Origin: Phoronis australis
Lineage: Eukaryota; Animalia; Phoronida
Reading direction: 5' to 3'
Assembly (NCBI GenBank): GCA_002633005.1
Contig: NMRA01000687.1
Span: 62,001-126,000, forward strand
DNA length: 64,000 nucleotides
The notes beneath the pieces are model-generated. The model made no database searches. It was given only the letters and a program-made list of their open reading frames with translations, and was not told where the DNA came from. Shown one piece after another: positions 62,539 to 64,000 of this stretch. Position numbers and translations under genes: made by a program. Position 1 is the stretch's first letter. Every line of letters starts with the position of its first letter.

Positions 62539-64000
62539 TGTATTCCTGCTGACGGCCGAAATTCGAGTATATTTGTCGCTCCTATTAAGTTGGCAGGCAT
62601 TGACTCTATCTGCTCTTTTGCTAATGACATTAATAATTACAGTCTAGTTTATGACACCGGCCTAACCATACATTGGTCAACAGAAGGGATTTTATATTAC
62701 AATTGAATAAACAAACCATGGTAACTTATTTCTGTGATATTAGTCCAGGCAAATTTGGTGGAATTCATAATACTGGTGAATTGTTGTGTAATAATGCAAA
62801 AAATATGATTGGTTAAAAAAATTGGATTTACTTCCCCTAAATTTCACGTGGGAATGGCACTATTAATATTAAAACTAGAGTTTAATCTGACAGTGTCAAT
62901 ATTTAGTTAGTTAGCAAACATAAGAATTTGTCACTTGCCAATGATTTAATATACGTTTTTAAATATGTATTTTTCTGTATAATTTAACAGAACCTAGTCT
63001 TGGTGGTATTTTTATATTTTTGTTATTTGATTAAGGCAAAAATACCATAATTGATTGTAGTCTTTTTTAAATCGACACGATGGTGTGATATTTTTAGTTG
63101 CCCATATTTCTGCAAAAAGTCCCATCAGTGATGCCATCTGAAGTGATCATGATCCTTCCTCTCTCTCCAGGGCCACCAGATGACAAATGAAATGGCTTGA
63201 GATTCTTCTTTTCTGGGGTAAAGACCAGATCCAATTATGCTGTATTTTAGACTTTCTGACCTATTACCTAATAATAGTTTATGTTTTTTTTTATACTTGT
63301 ATTCAGAGGATAAATTTGCTTCACCATTAATAATTTGCTGATACTTCTTGACTGTGTTAACAGAGTTTCTCTGAGTTGTACAGCCACTAAGTGTCGTGCT
63401 GCAGTTTTTGCAAATTAAAAAATTAACAAATCCATTTGATAATTGAATTGAATTAATAATTTCCCTTCGGTGCCTTCACTTGTCATGTCTCTTGGGTATT
63501 ACTTGTAAAGGTGACATTCATCTTGTGGTATTTTTCCGAAACGTTTTCGTCACCTGTAGTTACGCACAATGTTGGCCTATCGATTTGTGATAGTTTTTGG
63601 TATTTCCCACTTGAGATGCATGTTTCTGGTCTGGTGTGTTTGTTACAGGTAAATTAAGGCAACTTAACTCCGGAAATTATGTGGTGATGCTGAAGTTCTT
63701 CGTGAATTGTCAGCATTTTTACATATGATCTTCAGATGATTGTCAAATGTATTCATCATAATTTTGCTTTGTTTTGTTATGAATTGCCTTTCACCGTAGC
63801 TTAAATCATTTGCCATGTGTAGAGCCTGTTCTCACAGCCGTCTTTGTAAAATCTGTGTTCTTGTAATGAAAGAGGTGATCAGGAAGTAAATGTAGTTTGG
63901 CTGTTCTTTTTGCGCTTTTAATGGCGTCCCTTCATGTTTGTTTGCTTTCCTGGAAGAAACTTTTTTGACTGCTTGTACTGTATGTTGAGAAGTGCAGGTC

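Overview
AT-rich, intron-rich animal (probably invertebrate) DNA. The whole window lies inside one + strand gene encoding an ANKS1A/ANKS1B (Odin/AIDA-1)-like scaffold: ankyrin repeats, a long disordered Pro/Ser linker, tandem SAM domains and a PTB domain. I traced 21 coding exon positions by hand (1645-59470) with GT-AG sites and consistent phases; the first and last exons are outside the window. Highlights: (1) a 1.94-kb internally deleted Kolobok-type DNA transposon (TTAA TSD, 158-bp TIRs). It carries a THAP-domain transposase and a convergent KolX/P2X7-ballast-like Cys-rich gene, and its TIRs contain inward-facing ETS-CRE and E2F-like motifs. (2) A pair of homologous, frame-forced mutually exclusive exons before SAM1. 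(3) A 34-bp minisatellite of about 36 copies amplified from an exon end and its 5' splice site. (4) An intact antisense intronic tRNA-Ala(AGC) next to a PTB exon. (5) Candidate microexons and Cys-rich alternative first exons. MITEs, a SINE remnant, a LINE 3' fragment and simple repeats are also present. Most supplied ORFs are spurious. All homology calls come from motif recognition, not database searches.
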